57,638 nucleotides of DNA, from the NCBI GenBank assembly GCA_030595715.1, contig JAUVCN010000002.1, positions 1 through 57,638 of the forward strand, given 5' to 3'. The notes under the pieces were generated by a model. It saw only the letters and a program-made list of their open reading frames with translations, did not search any database and was not told where the DNA came from. This document shows positions 27,766-35,809 of the stretch, one piece after another; the stretch's first letter is position 1, and the number at the start of each line of letters is the position of its first letter. The position numbers and the translations under genes are program-made. Source of the DNA: Thermoplasmatales archaeon. Its GTDB lineage: Archaea > Thermoplasmatota > Penumbrarchaeia > Penumbrarchaeales > Penumbrarchaeaceae.

Positions 27766-29457
27766 ATGCCGAGGAAGGCCAATGTAAAATGGGCGGAAGA
27801 AGATGATGAGATGGAAAAGATAACTTCCAGGAAAAGAAAATCAAGATCCAAACCTAAAATTGAGGTTGAATATGACGATGCGGAAGAGGTAATTGCCAAA
27901 CCCAAAAAAAGGACAAAGGGTGCGATCGTGATCGAGGACGATGATGAGGACCCGATCGTTGAAAAGAAGGTTAAGAAGGCAAAGGTCATCGTCGAGGATG
28001 AACCGGAAGATATTGAAGAGCTTCTCGAGGAGGAAGAAGACCTGGAAGCCTATAGAATAAACGAGGATCTCAAAAAAGCCTTGGAAATGAAAGATGAGAT
28101 CGAAGCATCCTATGAATCCATTATCAAGGAAAGAACATCTCTCATCAGCAATGAAAAAGGCCTTCTTTCGAAGATGGAGAGTTACATCAAAGCTCATCTT
28201 CTCTCAATTCAAGATGATAGAGAGGACCTTGAAAAACGTGAGGAACGCATCAAGAAAGAGAGAAAGGACCTCATGGACAAGAGGGAGGACCTTCTCAAGG
28301 AGATCAAAGACCTTGAAAGTGAAAGAGATGAGTTCCTCGAACTCAGAAGTAACATCGAGGAAGAGAGAGAGACCTTCGAGGCACAGAAATCAGAGATCGA
28401 GAAAGAGTGGAAAGGCCTGGGAAAAGATAAGAAATTACTCGAAGAGAGGGAAATGCATCTGTTCGATGAGAAAGAAAAGGCCAAGAAGGAAAGGGAAGAA
28501 CTCACAGATGTAGAGGGCAAGATCAAGAAAGAGAGAATGCTCATCGACAAGGAATCAGAATCACTTGAGAGAAAGAGGGAACTATATCAATCCGACGTGG
28601 CTGAATTCCAGAAAGAAAGACAAGACCATGAGACCAAGTTCGATGAGTTCCATGAGAGATATAACAAATTCCGTGTGGAGTTCAAAGAATATGAAAGGGG
28701 ACAGGCCAAGCTTGAATCCTGGGAAAAGAGGCTTTCTGATGAAGAAGAACAGCTCATAAATGAGCAGAAGAAGCTGAAAAAGGAAAAGGATTCACTTGTC
28801 AAGGATCAGATGGAACTTGACAATTCTCGTGAGGATATCATTTCAGAAAAGAAGGACATGGAAAACAACAAGAAACTCTTTGATAAAGACAAGAACAGGA
28901 TCCTCTTGAAGGAAGAGGAGATCGAAGATGAGATGAAATCCATCAGGAACGAGAGAAAATCCCTTCATGAGGATCTCGATTCATTCGATGAAAGAAAGGA
29001 CAATTACATCTCGATCGATGATCACAATTCGGAGATCGAGGAATTGAAGGAGAAGATAGCCGATCTCGAATCCGTCAAGCACTCCGAAAAGGAAGACATG
29101 AAGGTTCCAAAGAAGAAGTTTATGAAGAAGAAGGCAAAGATAGAAGTTGAACCGGAACCTGAAGACGATGATGAAGAGATCATCAGCAGGCCCAAGAAGA
29201 AGAAGAGGAAGAAGGCTGCAGTTGTAATCGATGATGAGGATGAAGAAGACGATGATTACAACCCTTTCCTCGTGAAAAAGAAGGAAGAAAAGAAAACGGT
29301 TGAGCCCGAGGAAGAACCGGAGGAAAAGAAGTATAAACCGAAGGTTGTGAAATGCTCAAACAAAGATTGCGGCGCCAAGATAGTGGTCAAATCATCCAAG
29401 AGGCCTATTATCGTCAAATGCCCGAAATGCGGAAAGAAGGGAAAGCTCACAAAATAA
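27766..29457 (+). CDS. Highly charged K/E-rich coiled-coil (or single-alpha-helix) protein with a C-terminal zinc ribbon
   Basis: 563 aa. About 400 aa of uninterrupted E/K/R/D-rich helix-type sequence. C-terminus CSNKDCGAKIVV-x(13)-CPKCGKKG. Repeated basic-hydrophobic-acidic motifs at both ends. Confidence 0.75.
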   Translation: MPRKANVKWAEEDDEMEKITSRKRKSRSKPKIEVEYDDAEEVIAKPKKRTKGAIVIEDDDEDPIVEKKVKKAKVIVEDEPEDIEELLEEEEDLEAYRINEDLKKALEMKDEIEASYESIIKERTSLISNEKGLLSKMESYIKAHLLSIQDDREDLEKREERIKKERKDLMDKREDLLKEIKDLESERDEFLELRSNIEEERETFEAQKSEIEKEWKGLGKDKKLLEEREMHLFDEKEKAKKEREELTDVEGKIKKERMLIDKESESLERKRELYQSDVAEFQKERQDHETKFDEFHERYNKFRVEFKEYERGQAKLESWEKRLSDEEEQLINEQKKLKKEKDSLVKDQMELDNSREDIISEKKDMENNKKLFDKDKNRILLKEEEIEDEMKSIRNERKSLHEDLDSFDERKDNYISIDDHNSEIEELKEKIADLESVKHSEKEDMKVPKKKFMKKKAKIEVEPEPEDDDEEIISRPKKKKRKKAAVVIDDEDEEDDDYNPFLVKKKEEKKTVEPEEEPEEKKYKPKVVKCSNKDCGAKIVVKSSKRPIIVKCPKCGKKGKLTK

Positions 29458-29479
29458 TACCTGAAATCGAGAGACCCCG

Positions 29480-29520
29480 GGCCAGTTCTTTTTGAACTGG
29501 CCTTTTTTTATTTTTTTTAT
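29480..29520 (+). terminator. Stem-loop plus long T-tract terminator
   Basis: ggccagtt (29480-29487) pairs with aactggcc (29495-29502), followed by T7-A-T8. Lies 23 nt after the stop, between convergent genes. Confidence 0.5.
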
Positions 29521-29592
29521 TTTTATTTTCATGTAAGAGCATTAGCTACTGTTGAGTAGAATAGAATTAATCCCGGGTGATCGTATGAGGGA

Positions 29593-30864
29593 TCAGGCTC
29601 TGAGGTCCTTTATTATCTCATCCCTTGCTATGGCAGCTTCCACGAAATTGGGATTGAGCGCCAGTGCCCTATCGAATGACTCCTTTGCCCTGATAACTCT
29701 ACCCTTTTCATATAATATCACGCCTTTGTTGTAATGATACTCTGAATTATCAGGTTCAAGCATGAGGGCCTTGTCAAAGCAACTAATGGCTTTTCTGAAC
29801 TTCCCGAGAGCATCATATGCGTTACCCATGTTGAACCATGACAGCGAGTTCTTTGAATCGTGCTCCAGGACCTTTTCGTATACCTTGATCGATTCCTCGA
29901 TCCTTCCAAGGTTCTTCAAAGCTGCCCCTTTATTTGCCAGAGCATCCCATTTATGCGGGTTCAGTGATAGTGATTTATCAAAACACTCTATGGCCTTGTG
30001 CAGCTTCTTCATATCCATGAACACATTTCCCATATTGTACCAGACCTCTGATTTCTTCGGTCTTATCTTCAACGATTTCTTGTAGCATTCAAGTGCTTCT
30101 TCGTGTTTCAGTATGATATGCATTGTATTTCCATAAGCGAACCATGCATCCGGGTTGCTCGGATTTAGCTCCAATGCTTTGTTGAAACAGAAAATAGACC
30201 TGTCAATATCCTGGTCGATCATGAACTTTGAACCTCTATCCAACCATTCGATATCTGTTACGAGCTTACCTTCTTCATCTGTGTCATACATCGAGAATAC
30301 ATCCACATTGTATCTCTTGTAGGACTCATCATCCACGGTGACCTTCTCCGAAAGAGCTTTTTCGAACCATGTTTCCGCTGCCTTTTTATCCCCCATGGCC
30401 TCGGAAACCACACCCTGGTTGTACATCACTTCGGTATCTCTAGAATCCACCGCAAGGACAGCGTCGAAACAGACTACCGCATCCTTTGCCCGTCCATACT
30501 TTGCCAGAAGAACGCCCTTGTTATACCACGCGTCGGAATTGTTCTTGTCAATTTCCGTTACTTTGTCAAGACATTTCATGGCATCTGCCGCTTCTCCCAT
30601 CCGCGCAAGGATCGACCCCAGATTGTTCCATGCCTTTATGTTCTTCTTGTCGATCTTGATCGCTTTCTTGTAAGCTTCCACGGCTTCTTCATCCCTCATT
30701 AGGTTCTGAAGAACTATAGCCTTATTGTACCACCCGTCCCCATTTCCGGGATCGGTCTTTGTAGCTTTTTTATATTCATCAAGAGCAGCATGGTAGTCCT
30801 GATTCTTGAAAGCAAGGCCACCTTTGGTCATCCTTGCCTGGAACTCGTTAGATGCCATCATCAT
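29593..30864 (-). CDS. TPR-repeat protein (about 11 repeats)
   Basis: 423 aa. Many W(Y/F)N(K/M)G..L...G....A...(Y/F).KA(L/I)..(D/N)P units. Confidence 0.85.
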   Translation of the reverse strand: MMMASNEFQARMTKGGLAFKNQDYHAALDEYKKATKTDPGNGDGWYNKAIVLQNLMRDEEAVEAYKKAIKIDKKNIKAWNNLGSILARMGEAADAMKCLDKVTEIDKNNSDAWYNKGVLLAKYGRAKDAVVCFDAVLAVDSRDTEVMYNQGVVSEAMGDKKAAETWFEKALSEKVTVDDESYKRYNVDVFSMYDTDEEGKLVTDIEWLDRGSKFMIDQDIDRSIFCFNKALELNPSNPDAWFAYGNTMHIILKHEEALECYKKSLKIRPKKSEVWYNMGNVFMDMKKLHKAIECFDKSLSLNPHKWDALANKGAALKNLGRIEESIKVYEKVLEHDSKNSLSWFNMGNAYDALGKFRKAISCFDKALMLEPDNSEYHYNKGVILYEKGRVIRAKESFDRALALNPNFVEAAIARDEIIKDLRA

Positions 30865-30985
30865 CCACCAGTCCCCCTGAAAGCTGTAGTATTTATTTAA
30901 GATTACTATGGTTAGAACCTTTTTTCTTCTCTTTTATCCCCTTGATCGTTACCAACGATAAGGAAATGAGGTCATCCTCCGATCA

Positions 30986-31603
30986 TCATTTGGATCCTTG
31001 TGACAATCTTATGATAATAACGTCGATCCTCTTCTTCTCTGATCTATGGAAATCATATCTGGCAGGTATCTCGAGTTCATCCTTCCAAAGAAGTTCGAGG
31101 TCCTTATTCATGGACCTTGCCATTTTCCGGAGAAAATCGAGGGAATTACCGTTATGTATGGAGTAACAGACGGAAGATGATCCAATGGCCCTTTCTATGA
31201 AAACCCTATCAGCATGTTTGTTCTGAGCACCAAAAGGTGGATTCATCAGGGTTGTATCGAATTGCATGGGGAATGGAAATGGATCACGAACATCATGTAC
31301 CATGAACTCCAATTCAGATGAAGGAGGGGTCTTCAACCTGGATGCTATATCGACCAGGTTCTCCTTGGCTATTCTTATCGCATCTTCATCTATGTCAACA
31401 CCTAGTACCTCTTTTGCTCCGAGTATCCAAGAACCTATCGCAAAAGGAGATGGACCACAACCAAGTTCACAAACCCTTCTATCAATGATATCATTTCTGT
31501 ACCTGGCCTCGTAAAGGACATCACAAACCATCGATGCAGGTGTCCTGTACTGTTCGAGTTCTGATCGGGGTTGCGGCATATCCTTCATGGATGATATCAG
31601 CAT
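30986..31603 (-). CDS. METTL5-like N6-adenine RNA methyltransferase (NPPF motif)
   Basis: 205 aa. LEQYRTPA, SAM motif VCELGCGPSPF, GVDIDEDA and catalytic LMNPPFG. Confidence 0.75.
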   Translation of the reverse strand: MLISSMKDMPQPRSELEQYRTPASMVCDVLYEARYRNDIIDRRVCELGCGPSPFAIGSWILGAKEVLGVDIDEDAIRIAKENLVDIASRLKTPPSSELEFMVHDVRDPFPFPMQFDTTLMNPPFGAQNKHADRVFIERAIGSSSVCYSIHNGNSLDFLRKMARSMNKDLELLWKDELEIPARYDFHRSEKKRIDVIIIRLSQGSK

Positions 31604-31626
31604 CTCCAGTTTCTTCCTCTTCAGTT

Positions 31627-32562
31627 TTACTCCTCCTTTCCAATTCCCAGTTCATCCAACAAGAGGCATCCTCTGCAAATAGGTTTTTCTCCTTTCTCCA
31701 CAACCGCTTCTCCGCATCTGGTACATGATGACACATGGGACCTCCCTCTCGGGATCAGAGGTGAGATATGGTCTCTGAACTTCAGTAGAGAATGTCTTGT
31801 TCCGGGTGTCTCCTCTTCAGCCTTCAACAGAAGATCCCGGTAATGCCCTCTCTTGGCCGTTTCCGCATATGGACATTCCTCACCATGTATGGGTATTCCA
31901 AGCAGCAATGCACAAAGATATGTCTCGGTCTCCGGTGTGGTTCTGAGCGGCATGGACCTCGGTATCAATCCTGGTATGGGATCCATATGCGGACCCAATC
32001 TGGCCAATCTTTGTACATCCGCCTGCATTACGTTCATAAGCACCGTCTGGGCCATATCATCAAGATTGTGACCGGTAACAAGAACACCACAATCAGCTTC
32101 CTTTGCAGCTCGATTAAGTGCATTCCTTCTGAGTATTCCACATATCGAACAAGGACCCATGTCACTTTCCTTCACCATGTCATCCAGATCCTTTCCGAAA
32201 AGGTTCCTGTAATCGCTCAGGTGCCATTCCACGCCCAATTCCTTCGTTATTCCACCTGTGATATCCAGTGATGAGGGGCGGTATCCTGCGATACCCTCGT
32301 CTATGGTCAGAGCAACAATATCAACATCCCTGAAAGGTCTTACAATCTCATTGACCATACGGAGGACCACAAGCGAGTCCTTCCCCCCGGATACTGCGAT
32401 CCCTATTCGTCTACCCTTTTCTATGGTATGTTGGGCCCTCATCTCCTTTTTGACCCTTCTTCCAACAAGGTCCAGGAAATGATCACTACATAGATGCTGC
32501 CCGCTGTACCTGAGGAAATGTATCGGAGGTTCGCTGCATCGGTCGCATTTGGATGCCATCAT
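31627..32562 (-). CDS. tRNA 2-thiolation PP-loop ATPase (TtuA/Ncs6 family)
   Basis: 311 aa. N-terminal CDRC...C..H zinc finger, PP-loop IAVSGGKDSLVV, CSICGILRR, C-terminal CTRC...CRGC. Confidence 0.8.
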   Translation of the reverse strand: MMASKCDRCSEPPIHFLRYSGQHLCSDHFLDLVGRRVKKEMRAQHTIEKGRRIGIAVSGGKDSLVVLRMVNEIVRPFRDVDIVALTIDEGIAGYRPSSLDITGGITKELGVEWHLSDYRNLFGKDLDDMVKESDMGPCSICGILRRNALNRAAKEADCGVLVTGHNLDDMAQTVLMNVMQADVQRLARLGPHMDPIPGLIPRSMPLRTTPETETYLCALLLGIPIHGEECPYAETAKRGHYRDLLLKAEEETPGTRHSLLKFRDHISPLIPRGRSHVSSCTRCGEAVVEKGEKPICRGCLLLDELGIGKEE

Positions 32563-32600
32563 ACGGTATATGATATGGATAGATTATATCTTTCCTGTTA

Positions 32601-33284
32601 TTATGATTCGTTCTCCTGGATCTTGTTATTACACCAGGTGCAACGGTGGTTCCACAATCCAGAGAATGATGGATCATCAGGAGGAAGTACCCTGTATGGA
32701 GCTCCGCATCTCGGGCAATGTCCTACTCTCATACGGGTGTAATCGAGCCTGAACTTCTCCTTTGACATTGGAGGTTCAACCTTTACTGGTTGTCTGTATA
32801 CCCTAACAGGTTCCTCAACGGGAATGAGGATGTCCTCTATCACAAGTGTCCTCAATCCCGAGTCAGAGAATTTCTGCCTGTCATCTTCTGCATTGCTTCT
32901 TCCGACTATAAGGTCGATGAACGGTCCGAATAAAGGAACGATATTTGTAATATTTCTACCAAGGGCCTGCCCGAAAGAAGCACCCCCATCGGGTGATATC
33001 ACGATCAGTCCGAAAATCAACTTTCCTATCGATCGTCCAAAACCTGCTTCCATGATCGTCTTGTAAATGAAGGTCACAGCTCCGGAGATAGCAACGATAT
33101 AGGCCCAGTTCAAAGCATCATTCAGGTCCGCTTCCAGTGCATAGAATCCAATAATTACAGCGAAAGACGCGATCACCAGGTCAAGAAGATATGCACCGAT
33201 CCTTTTGGTCATATATCCATCGGTCTTTGGAAAATCCTGCGGGTCCCATTCTTCACCTTCGTCTCGGTATTCCATCAATCCCAC
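32601..33284 (-). CDS. RDD-family membrane protein with a C-terminal zinc ribbon
   Basis: 227 aa. KRIGAYLLDLVI... with 3 TM helices typical of the RDD domain. C-terminus CPRCG-x(23)-CTWCNN. Confidence 0.75.
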   Translation of the reverse strand: MGLMEYRDEGEEWDPQDFPKTDGYMTKRIGAYLLDLVIASFAVIIGFYALEADLNDALNWAYIVAISGAVTFIYKTIMEAGFGRSIGKLIFGLIVISPDGGASFGQALGRNITNIVPLFGPFIDLIVGRSNAEDDRQKFSDSGLRTLVIEDILIPVEEPVRVYRQPVKVEPPMSKEKFRLDYTRMRVGHCPRCGAPYRVLPPDDPSFSGLWNHRCTWCNNKIQENES

Positions 33285-33346
33285 CTTATACCATTATTAA
33301 TAGGGATAATATTTAACATATTGGGTAAAAACCGAAGATATGGAAA

Positions 33347-34627
33347 TCATACGGAAACATTCTTTGAATCCTTCTTCAACTCGAAAAGAAGCTCCTTTTC
33401 GATCATATCGGTCTCTTCTTCCAGGTCAAGGTCCTCATATGGATTCTCTGCATCAGGTTTGTCCAGACCACTTCTGGCATATCTCTTGTGCTCTTCCATT
33501 TCTACCTGTTCTTCTCTCTTCACTATCTCCTTCTTGTGTAAAACTCCGTGAAGGACCTTCCTGACCAATGTCACGGTTATTGGTTCCTTCATCAGATCCG
33601 CATAAGCGGTCACCCGATTGAAACCACCTTCAAGTTCCCTTACGGACACATCTAGATAGAATGCAAGGTAATCCATGACCTCCGTGGATATCGAGAAACC
33701 ATTTCTCTGTGAAAGATTGAGAAGTATCTGTCTTCTCCCCTCGAATGTTGGAACCTGTATGTCAATGATCAGACCTCCCTCAAAACGTGACCTTAGCCTT
33801 GTTTCCAGTTCCTTTATATCAGTAGGGGGCCTATCACTGCAAAGTACGATCTGTTTTCCCGAGTTGTATAGATGATTGAACATGTGGAAGAACTCTTTCT
33901 GGGTAGCTTCCCTTCCTGATAGCATCTGGATATCATCGATCAATAGTACATCGATATTACGATACATTTTCCTGAAACCGATAATATCGTCATTCGATAG
34001 GGACCTGATAAGTTCATCCGTGAATCTTTCCGTGGAAGAATAGAGTACTTTCAGTTCAGGATCATTGGAGATCATCCTATTTGCGATAGACTGAAGTAGA
34101 TGGGTCTTCCCAACACCAACTGGACCATAAACAAAAAGGGGATTATACCGCCTGCCCTCTCCTGTAGCGACAGCTTCTGAGGCAAGATAGGGGAACCTGT
34201 TCGAATCATCCACAACGAAATTCTCGAATTTCTTATTCAACAGGATCGGGGAAGTTATCCTCTCAAAAGGGTCATCTTCATCCGGAGTATCCTTTGGTCC
34301 ATCCATAATTTTTAATGATCGTGGTTTGGAGATAGGTTCTTCAGCTGAGCGTTTACCGGCTACCAGTATACTCTTCATTGCTGAACGCTGATTGTCAAGG
34401 GTCCTGTTCCATTTTGTCTGAAGCGTGTTGAAGCGTTCTTGCATCTCCTTGATCTTGGTCTCCCGATCCCTGTTCTTTTCTCTTTCTATCTCCAATTGCT
34501 TCAATATTTCCTTGTTCGTTTCAGCCTGTTCATCACTGATCCCAACTCTATCTCCGACCGATACTGATGAAAATTTGGTAGATCTACCCTTTTTTCGTTT
34601 CCCGGTTAACCAGTCAAACAGCCCCAA
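33347..34627 (-). CDS. DnaA-type AAA+ ATPase (DnaA domain III only; no domain IV) with an N-terminal amphipathic motif and coiled coil
   Basis: 426 aa. FENFVVDDSNRF...YNPLFVYGPVGVGKTHLL (Walker A, aa 168-175), VLLIDDIQMLSGREATQKEFFHMFNHLYNSGKQIVLCSDRPP (Walker B and the DnaA signature), RLRSRFEGGLIIDIQVP (box VII), SVRELEGGF (sensor II). The C-terminal 65 aa are acidic with no HTH. Confidence 0.8.
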   Translation of the reverse strand: MGLFDWLTGKRKKGRSTKFSSVSVGDRVGISDEQAETNKEILKQLEIEREKNRDRETKIKEMQERFNTLQTKWNRTLDNQRSAMKSILVAGKRSAEEPISKPRSLKIMDGPKDTPDEDDPFERITSPILLNKKFENFVVDDSNRFPYLASEAVATGEGRRYNPLFVYGPVGVGKTHLLQSIANRMISNDPELKVLYSSTERFTDELIRSLSNDDIIGFRKMYRNIDVLLIDDIQMLSGREATQKEFFHMFNHLYNSGKQIVLCSDRPPTDIKELETRLRSRFEGGLIIDIQVPTFEGRRQILLNLSQRNGFSISTEVMDYLAFYLDVSVRELEGGFNRVTAYADLMKEPITVTLVRKVLHGVLHKKEIVKREEQVEMEEHKRYARSGLDKPDAENPYEDLDLEEETDMIEKELLFELKKDSKNVSV

Positions 34628-34746
34628 TATGCATCCCTTGCCACATCTAACAGATGATCATTTCTACTACAATTATTATCATTCCATTATTTGGATATTA
34701 AAGTTTTCTACATTTTTTTATTAATATCATAAACTGATAATTGATA

Positions 34747-35808
34747 TCATTTTTCGTATCCCCTTAACAATTCTGCAGTAAGTCCTGTTATCACAGGTTC
34801 TGCATACTTGAGATCATCAGATGAACCTTTTCCTGCTAAAAATACGGCAGCCCTTAACTCCTCAATTATCATGCTGATCTCCTTCACCAGCTCATCGTAA
34901 CCGACCGAAGCCGCTTTAAGAAGATGCCTTGCCATACCTCCAGCAGATGCTCCCAGTGATAGGGCCTTTGCAATATCAAGCCCATTCCTCAGACCTCCAG
35001 TGCCTATCAATGGAATTCCAACATTGGCCCATTTCAGTGAGATAGGAGTTGGAATACCCCAATCCCAGAAAGTCCTTCCAAGCCTTTCAGATCTTCCTTT
35101 AGGATCGTGTCTATATGATTCAATGCCGGAGAAAGTCGTACCTGACATCCCACCCACATCAATGGCTGCAACTCCCATCGCATCCAGTTCCAATGCATCT
35201 TTTCTTGATATTCCCCCTCCAGTCTCCTTTGCCACGATAACGAATTCCGATGTTACCTGTTTGAGGACCTCCCTGAAGCCTATGATATAATTATCTCCCT
35301 CAGGTTGAACTACCTCCTGAAGGTAGTTCAGATGAATGCATATGGCATCAGCATTGATCATGTCAACAGCTACCCTTATCTCATCAATTCCATATTTCCC
35401 ATCCTCGATCCCATTTGAAAACTGTGGAGCACCAAGGTTGCCAAAAACCAATGGGATATCATATTCCTTGACGATATCGTAGCTTTGTCTGAGCTTCGTA
35501 TCCTCGATTCCAGCTCTCTGTGAACCAACACCCATGGCGATCTGGAACTCCGAAGCGGCCTTTGCCAGCATCTCATTGTACTTCTTGGCCTGGGGACTTC
35601 CACCTGTCATGGATGCGATCACGATGGGAGCTGCAAGCTCTTTACCAAGGAGAACGGTCTTCAGTTGAACATTCTCCAGGTCCGTTTTTGGCAGTGCCCT
35701 GTGGGGGAGATGGACATCATCCCAATGATTCCTGGTCGCTATCACATTCTCTTCCAATGATATTCTGATATGGTCCTCCTTTCTTCTTACTATCTCCACT
35801 GGTCCCAC
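34747..35808 (-). CDS. fni: Type 2 (FMN-dependent) isopentenyl-diphosphate delta-isomerase
   Basis: RRKEDHIRISLEEN, ASMTGG, FGNLGA, VAKETGGGIS and GTGGLRNG motifs. The ATG at 35901 would overlap ipk by 92 nt. A GTG at 35808 sits 1 nt after the ipk TGA stop and is the more likely start. Confidence 0.85.
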   Translation of the reverse strand: MGPVEIVRRKEDHIRISLEENVIATRNHWDDVHLPHRALPKTDLENVQLKTVLLGKELAAPIVIASMTGGSPQAKKYNEMLAKAASEFQIAMGVGSQRAGIEDTKLRQSYDIVKEYDIPLVFGNLGAPQFSNGIEDGKYGIDEIRVAVDMINADAICIHLNYLQEVVQPEGDNYIIGFREVLKQVTSEFVIVAKETGGGISRKDALELDAMGVAAIDVGGMSGTTFSGIESYRHDPKGRSERLGRTFWDWGIPTPISLKWANVGIPLIGTGGLRNGLDIAKALSLGASAGGMARHLLKAASVGYDELVKEISMIIEELRAAVFLAGKGSSDDLKYAEPVITGLTAELLRGYEK

Positions 35809-35809
35809 C

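Noticed and set aside
27766-29457. K/E-rich coiled-coil protein as an SMC/Rad50-type protein.
   Set aside because: There are no Walker A/B, signature motif or hinge. Only charged helix plus a terminal zinc ribbon is present. The many antisense ORFs inside it (for example 27841-28197 and 28209-28550) are artefacts of the purine-rich, low-complexity sequence.
34628-34746. Replication origin next to the DnaA-like gene.
   Set aside because: The 119-nt AT-rich spacer has no DnaA boxes (TTATCCACA-like) or ORB repeats that I can see. The protein also lacks the DnaA-box-binding domain. This is an ordinary promoter region.
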